From positions 1,347 to 65,346 of the forward strand of contig JAXLTM010000014.1 in NCBI GenBank assembly GCA_046330055.1: a stretch of 64,000 nucleotides of DNA. The letters are read 5' to 3'. The notes below the pieces were generated by a model that saw nothing but the letters and a program-made list of their open reading frames with translations, was not told where the DNA came from and searched no databases. This document shows, piece after piece, positions 50,562 to 60,099 of this stretch (its first letter is position 1; each line of letters starts with the position of its first letter). The translations under genes and the position numbers were made by a program. The DNA comes from Bacteroidia bacterium. GTDB lineage: Bacteria > Bacteroidota > Bacteroidia > AKYH767-A > 2013-40CM-41-45.

Positions 50562-52171
50562 TACAATCGCCGGTGAAAGCCCTCATGGTAACATTGTTCG
50601 TTCTCTTCCTGGGATACGGCTTGTTTCTGCCACACTATCCTGTAGTCAATGCCGATGAGTTGTGGGAGACATCGCGTGGTTATTATCTCAAAACGCATCA
50701 TCGTCCGGGAGAGCCGCTTCTGCCGGAGTCGGTAGCACCATTCTATTCTTCCATCGGAAATATGGGTTGGAAGAGCTGGTGCATTCTCACTGTGAAAACA
50801 GGAACCTTTGCAGCGATGATGACGGTTTTGCCGGTTGATGAATTGTCTGCCATGCGTTACGGAATGTTTTTCTGGAGCTTGCTTTTTCTCTTCCTGACGT
50901 ATCTTCTGGCAAGAAAACTGAAGGTTGAAAAGTGGCCTTCTATGCTGGCCGTTGCGCTGATGCTCTTTGTTCCCGACTTCTTTGCACAGATTCATCGAGA
51001 GCGTTCCGAAATTCTTATCGGAGCCTGCCTGCTGGCGGGCTTGTTGCTTTTTCTAAAGGGACGAGATTCGGAGAAGAAAAGTGAAAAATTACTCTGGTAT
51101 TTCATCGCCGGACTTTTTTCCTGGATGCCATCGTTGTTGATTCATCCTTCTGCCATTCTAATCCCCGGCGTAATTGGTGTATTGTATTTGGTCTATGAGC
51201 GCAAGAATTTGTTTTCATTTCAAACCATCATACTCGGGATTGGACTTGCAGGCGGCGCCATTTTCTTTCTTTACATCATGAATGCAATGAAAGAATACGC
51301 CATTGCAGCCGGCGGAGGAAATTATTTTCAATATCAGGGTCCGCCGATATTGATGAAAGGCTGGAAGTATCTGATCTCTTTGCCTTATGCATTTTACAAT
51401 CGCTTTCTGCCGGCGAATATTCTTTCGCGTCCGGTGTCTTTTGTTTTTTATGCTTTCGCATTTGTTCTGATTCTTCTTGGACTGAAGAAAAAGAACAATT
51501 TCTTTACCGGTGAAATGCTCACGATCGGCGGGGTAAGTATTCTGGTTTCACTCGCTGTTCTTTATTTGCTCTCCGGAAGTTTTGGAAATTATAACGTCAT
51601 CATTCTTCCATTCGTGACGATTTTTATTGCGGAGCGACTTTCAAATTGGAATGTGCCTTCGCAACAAAAGACATGGATTCCTGTAGCTGTTCTTCTCCTG
51701 CTTTTCTTCTCCAATATTCCCGGCTTTGCGGAAGATGGGAGAAATGCAAAAGAATACAGCCGCCTGACATCGCGAGTGCAGGAAAAAGTAGATCGTAACT
51801 CTCCGATACTTGGTTTGGCATTATACTACAATCCTTTTAAGGACAATACTTATTACTCAAATAGCTGGTTCAATCCATATGCGGGAAGAATTGAACAATC
51901 GTTCGACGATGCCGTGAAGGTTCTCGGAGTGAAATATGTCATCGTTGACGATGCATTTGTAGGTCGTGCATTACTGGACAGAGGAAGAGGGTGGACCGAT
52001 TCAATGTTTGTTACCCTTCAAACAAAGGGAGAAGTGGTGGATTCATTTCCTGCAAATTATTTTGTCGGTAATCGCGTTCCGGCGCCTTCGTTCTTTCCGG
52101 ATTACTGGAGATACGATGGGCAGGAAAAGGCTCATATTCGTCTTGTGAAAATATATCATCTGAAAGACTGA
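50558..52171 (+). CDS. GT-C fold membrane glycosyltransferase (ArnT/PMT-like) with a C-terminal periplasmic domain
   Basis: It has about 11 TMs, an acidic motif (NADELWE) just after TM1 and a soluble tail of about 130 aa. Confidence 0.7.
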   Translation: MIQSPVKALMVTLFVLFLGYGLFLPHYPVVNADELWETSRGYYLKTHHRPGEPLLPESVAPFYSSIGNMGWKSWCILTVKTGTFAAMMTVLPVDELSAMRYGMFFWSLLFLFLTYLLARKLKVEKWPSMLAVALMLFVPDFFAQIHRERSEILIGACLLAGLLLFLKGRDSEKKSEKLLWYFIAGLFSWMPSLLIHPSAILIPGVIGVLYLVYERKNLFSFQTIILGIGLAGGAIFFLYIMNAMKEYAIAAGGGNYFQYQGPPILMKGWKYLISLPYAFYNRFLPANILSRPVSFVFYAFAFVLILLGLKKKNNFFTGEMLTIGGVSILVSLAVLYLLSGSFGNYNVIILPFVTIFIAERLSNWNVPSQQKTWIPVAVLLLLFFSNIPGFAEDGRNAKEYSRLTSRVQEKVDRNSPILGLALYYNPFKDNTYYSNSWFNPYAGRIEQSFDDAVKVLGVKYVIVDDAFVGRALLDRGRGWTDSMFVTLQTKGEVVDSFPANYFVGNRVPAPSFFPDYWRYDGQEKAHIRLVKIYHLKD

Positions 52172-53520
52172 TGTTCGGATTAAAGAAAAGACTCGACTCA
52201 CAAAGTAAACTGCTGATAAAAAACAGCGGGTGGGTATTCTTTTCCAATTTTTTCAGCACAGGTCTGGCTTTTCTTCGCTCAGTAATTATTGCCCGTGGTC
52301 TTGGTCCGGGGATCTTCGGTACTTATGCAATAGTTGTTTCATTCGTTGGCCTGGTTCAGGAGTTTTTAAATCTGAATGTCGGAACAGCTGTGATTAAATT
52401 TGGTGCAGCTTACCACAGCGAAAATCGGAACGATAAATTACTTGCTCTAACCAAAGGTAGTGTCTACGTCAGTTTGATAATGGCGTTGATATCTGTAATA
52501 GTAATTGCACTGCTGAGTTTCTTTTCATATTCATCATTCATCGATCAACCGGATCTGGAGTGGTTCATTATTGCATATGCTTTTGCGGCAAGTATTACCT
52601 ATGTAAATTCCATCAGTAAAGGATTGCTGAGGCTATACTACAAATTCCGCATCAGCTCGATCATTCAAATGATCATGGATGTCATAGAAACAGGAGCCAT
52701 TGCTATTGCAGTGTTCTTTTATCCGAAAGATTTAAATGTTTTTTTCGTTGCCATTATCATCACACGATTCCTCAACGGGTTTATCTGCAATCTGATGTCG
52801 TATTATGAATTACGGCATGAGTTAAATCCGTATATAAATACTCCCGTGAAAATTCTGGAGCCTGAGAAAAAAAGCATTTTCGGATTTGTATTCGGAAATT
52901 CACTGGGAAATTCTCTGAAGACGGTCATCAGTCAAGGCGATGTATTGTTACTCGGGATTCTTTCCAATGCCTCGCAGGTCGGCTTTTATTCAGTGGCAAA
53001 GAAGCTCGCTTATTCCATTCTCACGCTAACTGATCCGTTGGTACAGTCAATCTATCCGCAGCTTTCCAGGTTGGTAGCAGAGCGGAAGTACGGAGAAGTC
53101 AGGCAGATGCTGGTAAAAATCACCACGCTGGCCATGATTCCCGGATTAGTCTTTCTGTTGATCACTTTTTTCCTTAACCATTGGATCATTGTAACCGTAT
53201 ACGGGCCGGAGTACGAGCCGGCATCGGCTGCATTTTACTATTTCCTAATTGGAGCGGTACTTAGTTCCGCTACCTTCTGGACGTTGCCATTGGTGCAGAG
53301 TCTGGGCATTGTGAGAGTCAGGATAAAAGTATACGTGCTGACAATACTACTCGGATCGCTGCTGGCCTGGTGGCTGGTTCCAACGATGCAGAACGCCGGA
53401 ATGTCGCTCGCACTGCTGATTACGAATATTCTCAATATGGTCATCTTCATTTATGTTGCCGATAATCGTCTGCGTTCAGCCGATAGAATCGCACATGAAG
53501 AAGACCCGTTAGCAAAATGA
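52171..53520 (+). CDS. Wzx-like polysaccharide flippase (MOP superfamily)
   Basis: It is 449 aa with about 12 TMs and the typical N-terminal LIKNSGWVFFSNFFSTGLAFLRSVIIAR. Confidence 0.85.
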   Translation: MFGLKKRLDSQSKLLIKNSGWVFFSNFFSTGLAFLRSVIIARGLGPGIFGTYAIVVSFVGLVQEFLNLNVGTAVIKFGAAYHSENRNDKLLALTKGSVYVSLIMALISVIVIALLSFFSYSSFIDQPDLEWFIIAYAFAASITYVNSISKGLLRLYYKFRISSIIQMIMDVIETGAIAIAVFFYPKDLNVFFVAIIITRFLNGFICNLMSYYELRHELNPYINTPVKILEPEKKSIFGFVFGNSLGNSLKTVISQGDVLLLGILSNASQVGFYSVAKKLAYSILTLTDPLVQSIYPQLSRLVAERKYGEVRQMLVKITTLAMIPGLVFLLITFFLNHWIIVTVYGPEYEPASAAFYYFLIGAVLSSATFWTLPLVQSLGIVRVRIKVYVLTILLGSLLAWWLVPTMQNAGMSLALLITNILNMVIFIYVADNRLRSADRIAHEEDPLAK

Positions 53521-53524
53521 AAGT

Positions 53525-54268
53525 ATGATTGTACAGTTCAAAAAAACTTCGTTCATCGGACATCCGTTTGCCATGATGAATTTTATGATGGGGAAGAAGG
53601 AAATGCTGCACGATGTAATGATGTTACGTGCTGCTGAAATTTTAATGGGCGAAAAGTACAATCGTAGCGAAGCACAGAGATATATCAATGAAATTCACTC
53701 CGGCGATTTTGTGCCGATGAATCGAATCGAAGGCGTCACTCTTCCGGGAAATCGTCCTGATCATCTCTTCGGAAAATTTCTCTACTTCATCATTCGCTGC
53801 TTCAAGCCGCAGGTCATGATTGAAACCGGTGTTGCCCACGGAGTTTCTTCATGGACGATATTAAATGCCATTCATAAAAACGGAGGAGGAAAGTTGTACT
53901 CTATCGATCTTCCGAATCTCGATTTGAAAAGTTACAATCCGCAGAATATTTCTCAGCAAAGCGGTTGGGTTGTTCCCGATACTCTGAGAAAATACTGGGA
54001 GCTGCAATTAGGCTCAGCAAAAGAATTACTGCCTGCACTCGTCGGCAAGCTCAATAACATCGACGTTTTCTTCCACGACAGCGATCACAGCTATGAACAC
54101 ATGATGTTCGAGTTCAATTGCGTTTATCCCAAACTCAAAAAGTCAGGACTCATCATCTCCGACGACGTCCACAAAAACACATCCTTCGCCGAATTCACCA
54201 CCGCCCACAAAATGTCCGGCTTCCAGTTCCTTACCAAAGGCGGAGCAGCAGTTAAAGTGGGAGAGTAG
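53525..54268 (+). CDS. Class I SAM-dependent methyltransferase (Methyltransf_24/CmcI-like)
   Basis: It has IETGVAHGVSS, KLYSIDL and FFHDSDHSYEH. Confidence 0.8.
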   Translation: MIVQFKKTSFIGHPFAMMNFMMGKKEMLHDVMMLRAAEILMGEKYNRSEAQRYINEIHSGDFVPMNRIEGVTLPGNRPDHLFGKFLYFIIRCFKPQVMIETGVAHGVSSWTILNAIHKNGGGKLYSIDLPNLDLKSYNPQNISQQSGWVVPDTLRKYWELQLGSAKELLPALVGKLNNIDVFFHDSDHSYEHMMFEFNCVYPKLKKSGLIISDDVHKNTSFAEFTTAHKMSGFQFLTKGGAAVKVGE

Positions 54269-54306
54269 TGGCTTGGTGGTATAAGGTTATGATCGGGCAT
54301 TTTTAA

Positions 54307-54352
54307 AATTCTGAATTCTGAATTCTGAATTCTGAATTCTGAATTCTGAATT
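54307..54352. repeat. Tandem heptamer (AATTCTG), about 6.5 units
   Basis: Read directly. Confidence 0.95.
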
Positions 54353-54442
54353 GATCCCATTGGTCTAAAGGAGGGGCAGAAATTAAAGTTGGAGAGTAGT
54401 TGCCTGATGGTCTAATTGCATGGCCGGGCCTTTTTTATTAAA

Positions 54443-54474
54443 AATTCAGAATTCAGAATTCAGAATTCAGAATT
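54443..54474. repeat. Tandem heptamer (AATTCAG), about 4.5 units; exact inverted complement of 54307-54352
   Basis: Read directly. Confidence 0.95.
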
Positions 54475-54545
54475 TCCCCCTGTTTATAAGACAAGTTTGG
54501 TAGTCCCCTCGTAACCCATCATCCCAAAATTGAGTAAAATACCCC

Positions 54546-55639
54546 ATGCTACCCATTTACCAGCCGTGGCTTCCGGCCTCTTGTCTGAAGTATGCACACG
54601 ATGCATTGGATTCAACCTGGATCTCTTCGCAAGGCGTTTATATTGATAAAGCAAAGGACAAGCTGAAAGAAATTCTCGGCAGCCGGTATATTGTATTAGT
54701 CAATAACGGTACGTGCGCTACGCACATGCTTGCATTGGGTTTGAAGTTTCGTTATCCGAATCTCAAAAAAATTATCGTTCCCAATAACGTTTATGTTGCT
54801 GCATGGAATAGTTTTCTTTTCAGCGGTGGTTTTGAATTTGAAGTGATCGATGCCCGATTGGATACATGGAATATTGATCATTCAAAAATTCAGGGAACAG
54901 GTAAAGACACGGCTTTGCTGGTTGTCCATAATCTTGGAAACATCATCAACGTTCCTGCGCTGAAGAAAAAATATCCGGATCTTCTCATTGTGGAAGATAA
55001 TTGTGAAGGTTTGTTCGGAAAGTATGACGGGAAATATTCAGGCACGGCATCGTTAATGGCATCGCTTTCTTTCTTCGGAAATAAAACCATTACCAGTGGT
55101 GAAGGCGGAGCAATACTGACGCAGGACGAAGATCTGTTTGAATACCTGAATTCGGTTCGCGGACAAGGTCAATCCAGTGTGCGTTATGTGCACGATAAGC
55201 TTGGTTACAATTACCGGATGACAAACATTCAGGCTGCACTTCTCTACGGTCAGCTCGAAATGCTCGATGAAATCCGTTCCAGAAAGGCAGAAGTATTCGC
55301 TTTATACAAAAAGGAATTAGAGAGCGCTGAAGAAATCCGTTTCAGGAAATTGAAGCCGGCACTGAACATGCGCAATGGATGTTCGCCGTTCGCTTCGATG
55401 GATTTGATCTGAATCGTAAACGAATGCTCGAGCTTTTCCTTTTCGAAAATAATATTGAAACGCGGCCGATGTTTTACAGCATCAATCAGCATGCTCACCT
55501 GAAATCAGTCAAGAGCGATAATACAGTGGCTGATCAGCTGAATCATCAGTGCCTCATTCTGCCGAGTTTCCCTGAGCTGACGCGCAGTCAGATTCTCACG
55601 GTGACGCGAAAAATAAAAGACTTCCTTCGTACAAAATAA
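54546..55639 (+). pseudogene. Second DegT/DnrJ/EryC1 aminotransferase, one frameshift near 55343
   Basis: The ORF 54546-55412 has a PLP-Lys region (SFFGNKTITSGEGG). EEIRF then continues as (Q)EIEAGTEHAQWMFAVRF... in ORF 55379-55639. The junction falls at TTTCAGG, where one C appears to be missing. Confidence 0.85.
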
Positions 55640-55645
55640 GCATCA

Positions 55646-56740
55646 ATGAGTATCGTCAAAGAAAAACCGGTAATTCTGACCGCAGCCGACAAAGCCGCGT
55701 GGGATGCCTGTTTCAATTCTTTGCCGGCCGCTCTTCGTGATATCAATTACAGTTACGATTATCACATGATGTATCAGAGTAACGGTGACGGAGAAATTCG
55801 TCTCTTCTATTATGAGCGAGACAAAGAAAAATTCTTCTATCCGTATCTGCAGCGAAGAATTTTTGTCGGAGGAAATGCTTCTCCGTACAACGACATTGAA
55901 TCAGCCTACGGTTATACCGGACCGCTCAGTACAACTACAGATGATAATTTCCTGCGTGAAGCGGATGAAGAATTTCGTCGTCATTGCAAGGAAGAAAATA
56001 TTGTCACCGAGTTTATTCGCTTCAATCCTTTGCTGTCAAATGAAACAGTCTTTCACAGCAGCGAAACGATGGATGTGATTCCACTCCGCGACTATGTGAC
56101 CGTTGAACTCACCAGCAGTGCTGAGGAATTATTCCTCGGTTTCAGTCCGCAGAACAGAAATAAAATCCGCAAAGCCGAAAAAACCGGTGTTCAGATTCGT
56201 TTTGATAGGGAAGCAACTGACTTCGATTCTTTCGTGTCAATTTACCTTGAAAATATGCGTCGCCTCAATGCGGCTAAAATGTACTTTTTCTCTGATTCGT
56301 TTTTTAAATCATTGAAGCAACTCGTGCAGCAAAACGGAACATTCTGTACAGCTATGCTCGATGGAAAAATTATTGGTGCAACCGTGTTTCTTCGGGGAGA
56401 AACAATTGCACATTATTTCCTTTCATCAGCCGATGAAGAAGGAAAAAAGAACGCCGTGAGTAATCTCATGCTTCATCACGGCATTCAATGGGCAAAGAAG
56501 CAGGGTCTGGAACAAATGCACCTCGGGGGAGGAGTAACCGGCGCGGCCGACGATCCGCTGCTGGTATTTAAACAGAATTTTTCCGAAAAGACTGTCAGGT
56601 ACTGTATCGGAAAGAGAATTCACAACAGCAGAGTGTACGAAGCTCTGATTAAACAGTGGGAAGAACAATATCCCGACAAAGCAGTGCAATACAAACCAAT
56701 TCTTCAGCGTTACAGGCTCACAAAGGAGGACATGCAATGA
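55646..56740 (+). CDS. FemAB-family / GNAT-fold aminoacyl- or acyl-transferase
   Basis: It is 364 aa. The layout and motifs (YGYTGP..., FRRHCKEENIVTEFIRFNP, NRNKIRKAEK, GATVFLRGETIAHYFLS) resemble FemX-like peptidoglycan-bridge enzymes. Confidence 0.65.
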   Translation: MSIVKEKPVILTAADKAAWDACFNSLPAALRDINYSYDYHMMYQSNGDGEIRLFYYERDKEKFFYPYLQRRIFVGGNASPYNDIESAYGYTGPLSTTTDDNFLREADEEFRRHCKEENIVTEFIRFNPLLSNETVFHSSETMDVIPLRDYVTVELTSSAEELFLGFSPQNRNKIRKAEKTGVQIRFDREATDFDSFVSIYLENMRRLNAAKMYFFSDSFFKSLKQLVQQNGTFCTAMLDGKIIGATVFLRGETIAHYFLSSADEEGKKNAVSNLMLHHGIQWAKKQGLEQMHLGGGVTGAADDPLLVFKQNFSEKTVRYCIGKRIHNSRVYEALIKQWEEQYPDKAVQYKPILQRYRLTKEDMQ

Positions 56741-57273
56741 GTACAAGTGAAACAATCCGACTGCGTGCATTAACGCTGGAAGATGCCCGTCATACCTGGA
56801 AGTGGAGAAATCAGGACGAAGTCAGAAATGATTTTTCCGGTCACCCTTTTCCTGTCAGCTATGAAGAAGAGCTCGACTGGTATGAAAAGAATTGCAAAGT
56901 AAATTTTCCGAATACTTCTTTCGGTGTGGAAACGCTTGCCGGAAATCAATTAGTAGGGATGACATTTTTGAAGAACATCAATCTCATTCATCGTCATGCC
57001 GAATTCGCCATTCTCATCGATGCAGCGCAGAAGGGGAAAGGCTATGGCAAGGAAGCATGCTATAAAACTGTTCAGTTTGCCTTTGAAAATCTAGGGCTGA
57101 ATCGCGTATATCTTAAAGTCAGAAAAGAAAATATTGCTGCGATTCGCATTTATGAAAATTGCGGGTTCAAAATTGAGGGAACATTGAGAGAAGATGTATA
57201 TAAGCAAGGCAAATTTTCAGACCAGCTATTTATGGCCGTTCTTGCAGCAGAATTCCCGGGTAACCGGAAATAA
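56737..57273 (+). CDS. GNAT family N-acetyltransferase (RimJ/RimL-like)
   Basis: It has IRLRALTLEDA...WRNQ and an acetyl-CoA site (QKGKGYGKEA). An ATGA overlap joins it to the upstream gene. Confidence 0.85.
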   Translation: MSTSETIRLRALTLEDARHTWKWRNQDEVRNDFSGHPFPVSYEEELDWYEKNCKVNFPNTSFGVETLAGNQLVGMTFLKNINLIHRHAEFAILIDAAQKGKGYGKEACYKTVQFAFENLGLNRVYLKVRKENIAAIRIYENCGFKIEGTLREDVYKQGKFSDQLFMAVLAAEFPGNRK

Positions 57274-57282
57274 TGATTTTGA

Positions 57283-58479
57283 ATGAACGATCAGCAGCCG
57301 AAACGCTTTTATATTCTCTCGCCTTTTTGTCTTCTCCGGCCGACAACCAACCGTATTTTTGACATGCGTATGTGCGACGCTCTCGCCGGAAACGGTGCTG
57401 AAGTCGAAATCATTTATCCGTATGTGTGGATGAAAGACAATATTCGCCGGTCGGAAATACCTTCTTCCTACGCAGTAGAAAATTCTTTCCGGGCAACGAT
57501 GCAATTTACACCGTTGTGGGAAAACACACCGGCAATTTTGGCATTTATCATCATGATGATGGCCTCAACGATCACTGCACTTCGGATTGTGCTTGTTCAG
57601 TTATTTAGCCGTCAACCTGCCGTTGTCTGGACACGCGACTCAAAATCTTTGTATCCTGTACTTTTGTTGAAGAAAATATTCGGCAAATCACTTCGGCTGA
57701 CGATCATCTTCGCCGCTGCAGAAGTCACGAAGCGTAAAATGTTCCGCTATGCCATTTCAAATTCTGACGGAGTTTTCGCCGGTGTAACAACCACTCGCGA
57801 AGCAATTCGGAAAGTGGTAAATATTCCCGATGAAAAGTTCATGCTTTCATTGGCTCCCGTTCCCGAATATAAAAATGATTGCAGCAGGGAAGAAGCGAGA
57901 AAGAAAATCAACTATACTTCAGAAAAGCCATTGATTGTATACACCGGGAAATTGGGTTTGGATGTAAATGAATTGAAATATATTCTTCAGGCTGCTGCTC
58001 TTGTTCCTGAGGCAGAATTTATATTCACCGGCGGCAGAGCAAGCGCTGTTGAAGCGGTAAAGAAATACTGTGCTGAACTTGGTGCAATAAATTGTCATTT
58101 CACCGGCTTCTTCAACGAATCTTCTGCTGTCAGAAATTACCAGCTTGCTGCTGACATCCTTGTAAGCTATTACACAGCCAAAGATCACATGATTGAATTC
58201 AATTATCCTCAAAAGGTAAATGAATACATGTCGACCGGTAACGTCATCATCACCCCAGACTTCCCCGCTACACAAGACGTTCTAAATTCAAACAACGTCT
58301 TCTTCGTACAGCCGGATTCCCCCGAAGCTTTAGCAAATGGTCTGAAACATCTCCTCCAAAACGCGGATCTTCGCACCCAATTAGCCCAACAAGCACTAAA
58401 AGACATCCAACCACTCAGCTTCAAAAGCAAAACAAGAGAGTTGATGGAGTTTGCAAGTAAGCTCGGCGAGGGAAATTGA
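57283..58479 (+). CDS. Family-4 (GT-B) glycosyltransferase
   Basis: It has the C-terminal Glycos_transf_1 pattern (PLIVYTGKL...FTG...YPQKVNEYMSTGNVIITPD). Confidence 0.8.
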   Translation: MNDQQPKRFYILSPFCLLRPTTNRIFDMRMCDALAGNGAEVEIIYPYVWMKDNIRRSEIPSSYAVENSFRATMQFTPLWENTPAILAFIIMMMASTITALRIVLVQLFSRQPAVVWTRDSKSLYPVLLLKKIFGKSLRLTIIFAAAEVTKRKMFRYAISNSDGVFAGVTTTREAIRKVVNIPDEKFMLSLAPVPEYKNDCSREEARKKINYTSEKPLIVYTGKLGLDVNELKYILQAAALVPEAEFIFTGGRASAVEAVKKYCAELGAINCHFTGFFNESSAVRNYQLAADILVSYYTAKDHMIEFNYPQKVNEYMSTGNVIITPDFPATQDVLNSNNVFFVQPDSPEALANGLKHLLQNADLRTQLAQQALKDIQPLSFKSKTRELMEFASKLGEGN

Positions 58480-58512
58480 ATATTGAATATTGAATATTGA
58501 ATATTGAATATT
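58475..58512. repeat. Tandem heptamer (ATTGAAT), about 5.4 units
   Basis: Read directly. It contains the GT4 stop codon. Confidence 0.95.
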
Positions 58513-59916
58513 TGACCTAGCCTGAAATAGGTTGACTTTTTCAATGGTTGATATTACTATAGTTTTTTCTTTTTTGCTACTTTTTTCTTTTTTGTTAATA
58601 ACAGGCGATTCTGTTAGTATCGGATGTTTCCATTTAAATATCCTTAATTTGGGGCGTTCTTTCACTGGTAAATTGTTGATACTTTGTTCGTATTGAGCAG
58701 GCGTTAGCATACCCAATTCTCTATGGGGTCTTTGGTGATTATAAAGATATCTAATGGATTTTATTTGACTTTTTAAATTTACTTCTGTTAGTTCCTTCTC
58801 GAAAAGGTATTCATACTTGAGGGTGCCTGTACTCGCTCAACATAGGCATTTTCCTGTGGCAACTTACACATACTTGGTCTTAGCTTATGCTCTCCAACTA
58901 TCTTTTACTAAGTCACTAATGTACTGAGTACCCCTGTCAGTATGAAAGATACATCCTTTCACAGATTGATTTTTTTCGCTCTGCAACTGCTTCTAACAAC
59001 GCCCTTCCGGTCTGTATTGCTTCAAGCGAACAGGAAGTGTACAGCGATAGTAAATAGCGGAATAAATATCGATAATACTGACACCGTAGTAATTTTTACC
59101 CTCTACAGGCAGGTAAAAAATATCCGATTGCCATGCTTGATTTATTCCATTAATGATTGACCCCTCCAGTAAATTCGGATACACTTCAACCCTTTGTGAC
59201 CAGGTCGTCTTGATAGTGTTTCGTTTTATCTTTACTTTAAAACCACTATCAAATCCTATCTGCTCAAAATATCTCGCCCAAGCGGGATCGAATCTTGAGC
59301 CATAACGTACATCTTACGGCAACTCATCCGTTTGTGGTCTTTTCGGATTACCTGACATGCATCAATGACCTGCTCTCTCACCATTCTCATGTATTGTTTC
59401 CTCCGGCGATACTTTAACAAGGATTGCTTGAAGATTTAACCCAATCAAATAGAGATCCTTCATCTTGTAAGTATGATTTATCCCTTTGAAGAGTCGGAAC
59501 CATTCGAGCGATTCTTTGATAAATTTTTTTAAGTCAGTCTTGTACTCAGTATTCCCGAAGTCAATAATCCTATTGAGCAGATCAATTTCCATTTGCTTTC
59601 TGCCAATGATGGCTTCCAGGCTCTTTGATCTTCTTTTCAAGCTCCCGGCTTTTATAGGTTTTCTGCTATTATCCTCAACAACCATACGTCGATTTTTCTT
59701 TAAATATCGACTAAATTATGAATCCATCCATAAATTGCTTGTTGAGATACCTGCAGTTCATCTGCAGCTTGGCCTACAGAACACTTCCCGGATTCAATGT
59801 CACGGACCGTTTGACGACGAATTTCCAGACTGAAAATTCGCTGTTGGCGTAGAGTAATTTTTCGTTCTTTGGTTTTCATAGGTCGATTTTTGGTCAACCT
59901 ATTTCAGGCACGGACA
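58513..59916 (-). mobile_element. IS3-family insertion sequence (1404 bp) with a degraded transposase
   Basis: The terminal inverted repeats are TGACCTAGCCTGAAATAGGTTGAC (58513-) and the complement of GTCAACCTATTTCAGGCACGGACA (-59916). ATT flanks both ends. OrfA carries an HTH (59700-59897). OrfB fragments carry a DDE region (NQAWQSDIFYLPVEGKNYYGVSIIDIYS) and a C-terminal LTPAQYE, spread over several frames. Confidence 0.85.
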
Positions 59917-59933
59917 ATTGAATATTGAATATT
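59917..59933. repeat. Tandem heptamer (ATTGAAT), about 2.4 units; continuation of the array split by the IS
   Basis: Read directly. Confidence 0.85.
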
Positions 59934-59994
59934 CTCTCCTTCTCTGCGCAAGTCAATTTTCTTGTCTGCGCCGATCTGCGGGAAACGATAAAAG

Positions 59995-60090
59995 ATTGAA
60001 TATTGAAAATTGAATATTGAAAATTTCAGAATTCAGAATTCAGAATTCAGAATTTGCTTTCTAGCTTCTGGCTTTTGGCTTTTGGCTTTG
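59995..60090. repeat. Three abutting arrays: (ATTGAAT/ATTGAAA) x4.4, (CAGAATT) x4 and (GCTTCTG/GCTTTTG) x5
   Basis: Read directly. Confidence 0.95.
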
Positions 60091-60099
60091 AGCGCAGCC

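Noticed and set aside
50486-50995. A minus-strand 169-aa Arg/His/Gln-rich ORF
   Set aside because: It is antisense to the DegT/GT-C gene junction in a tightly coupled plus-strand operon, and its composition is atypical for a real protein.
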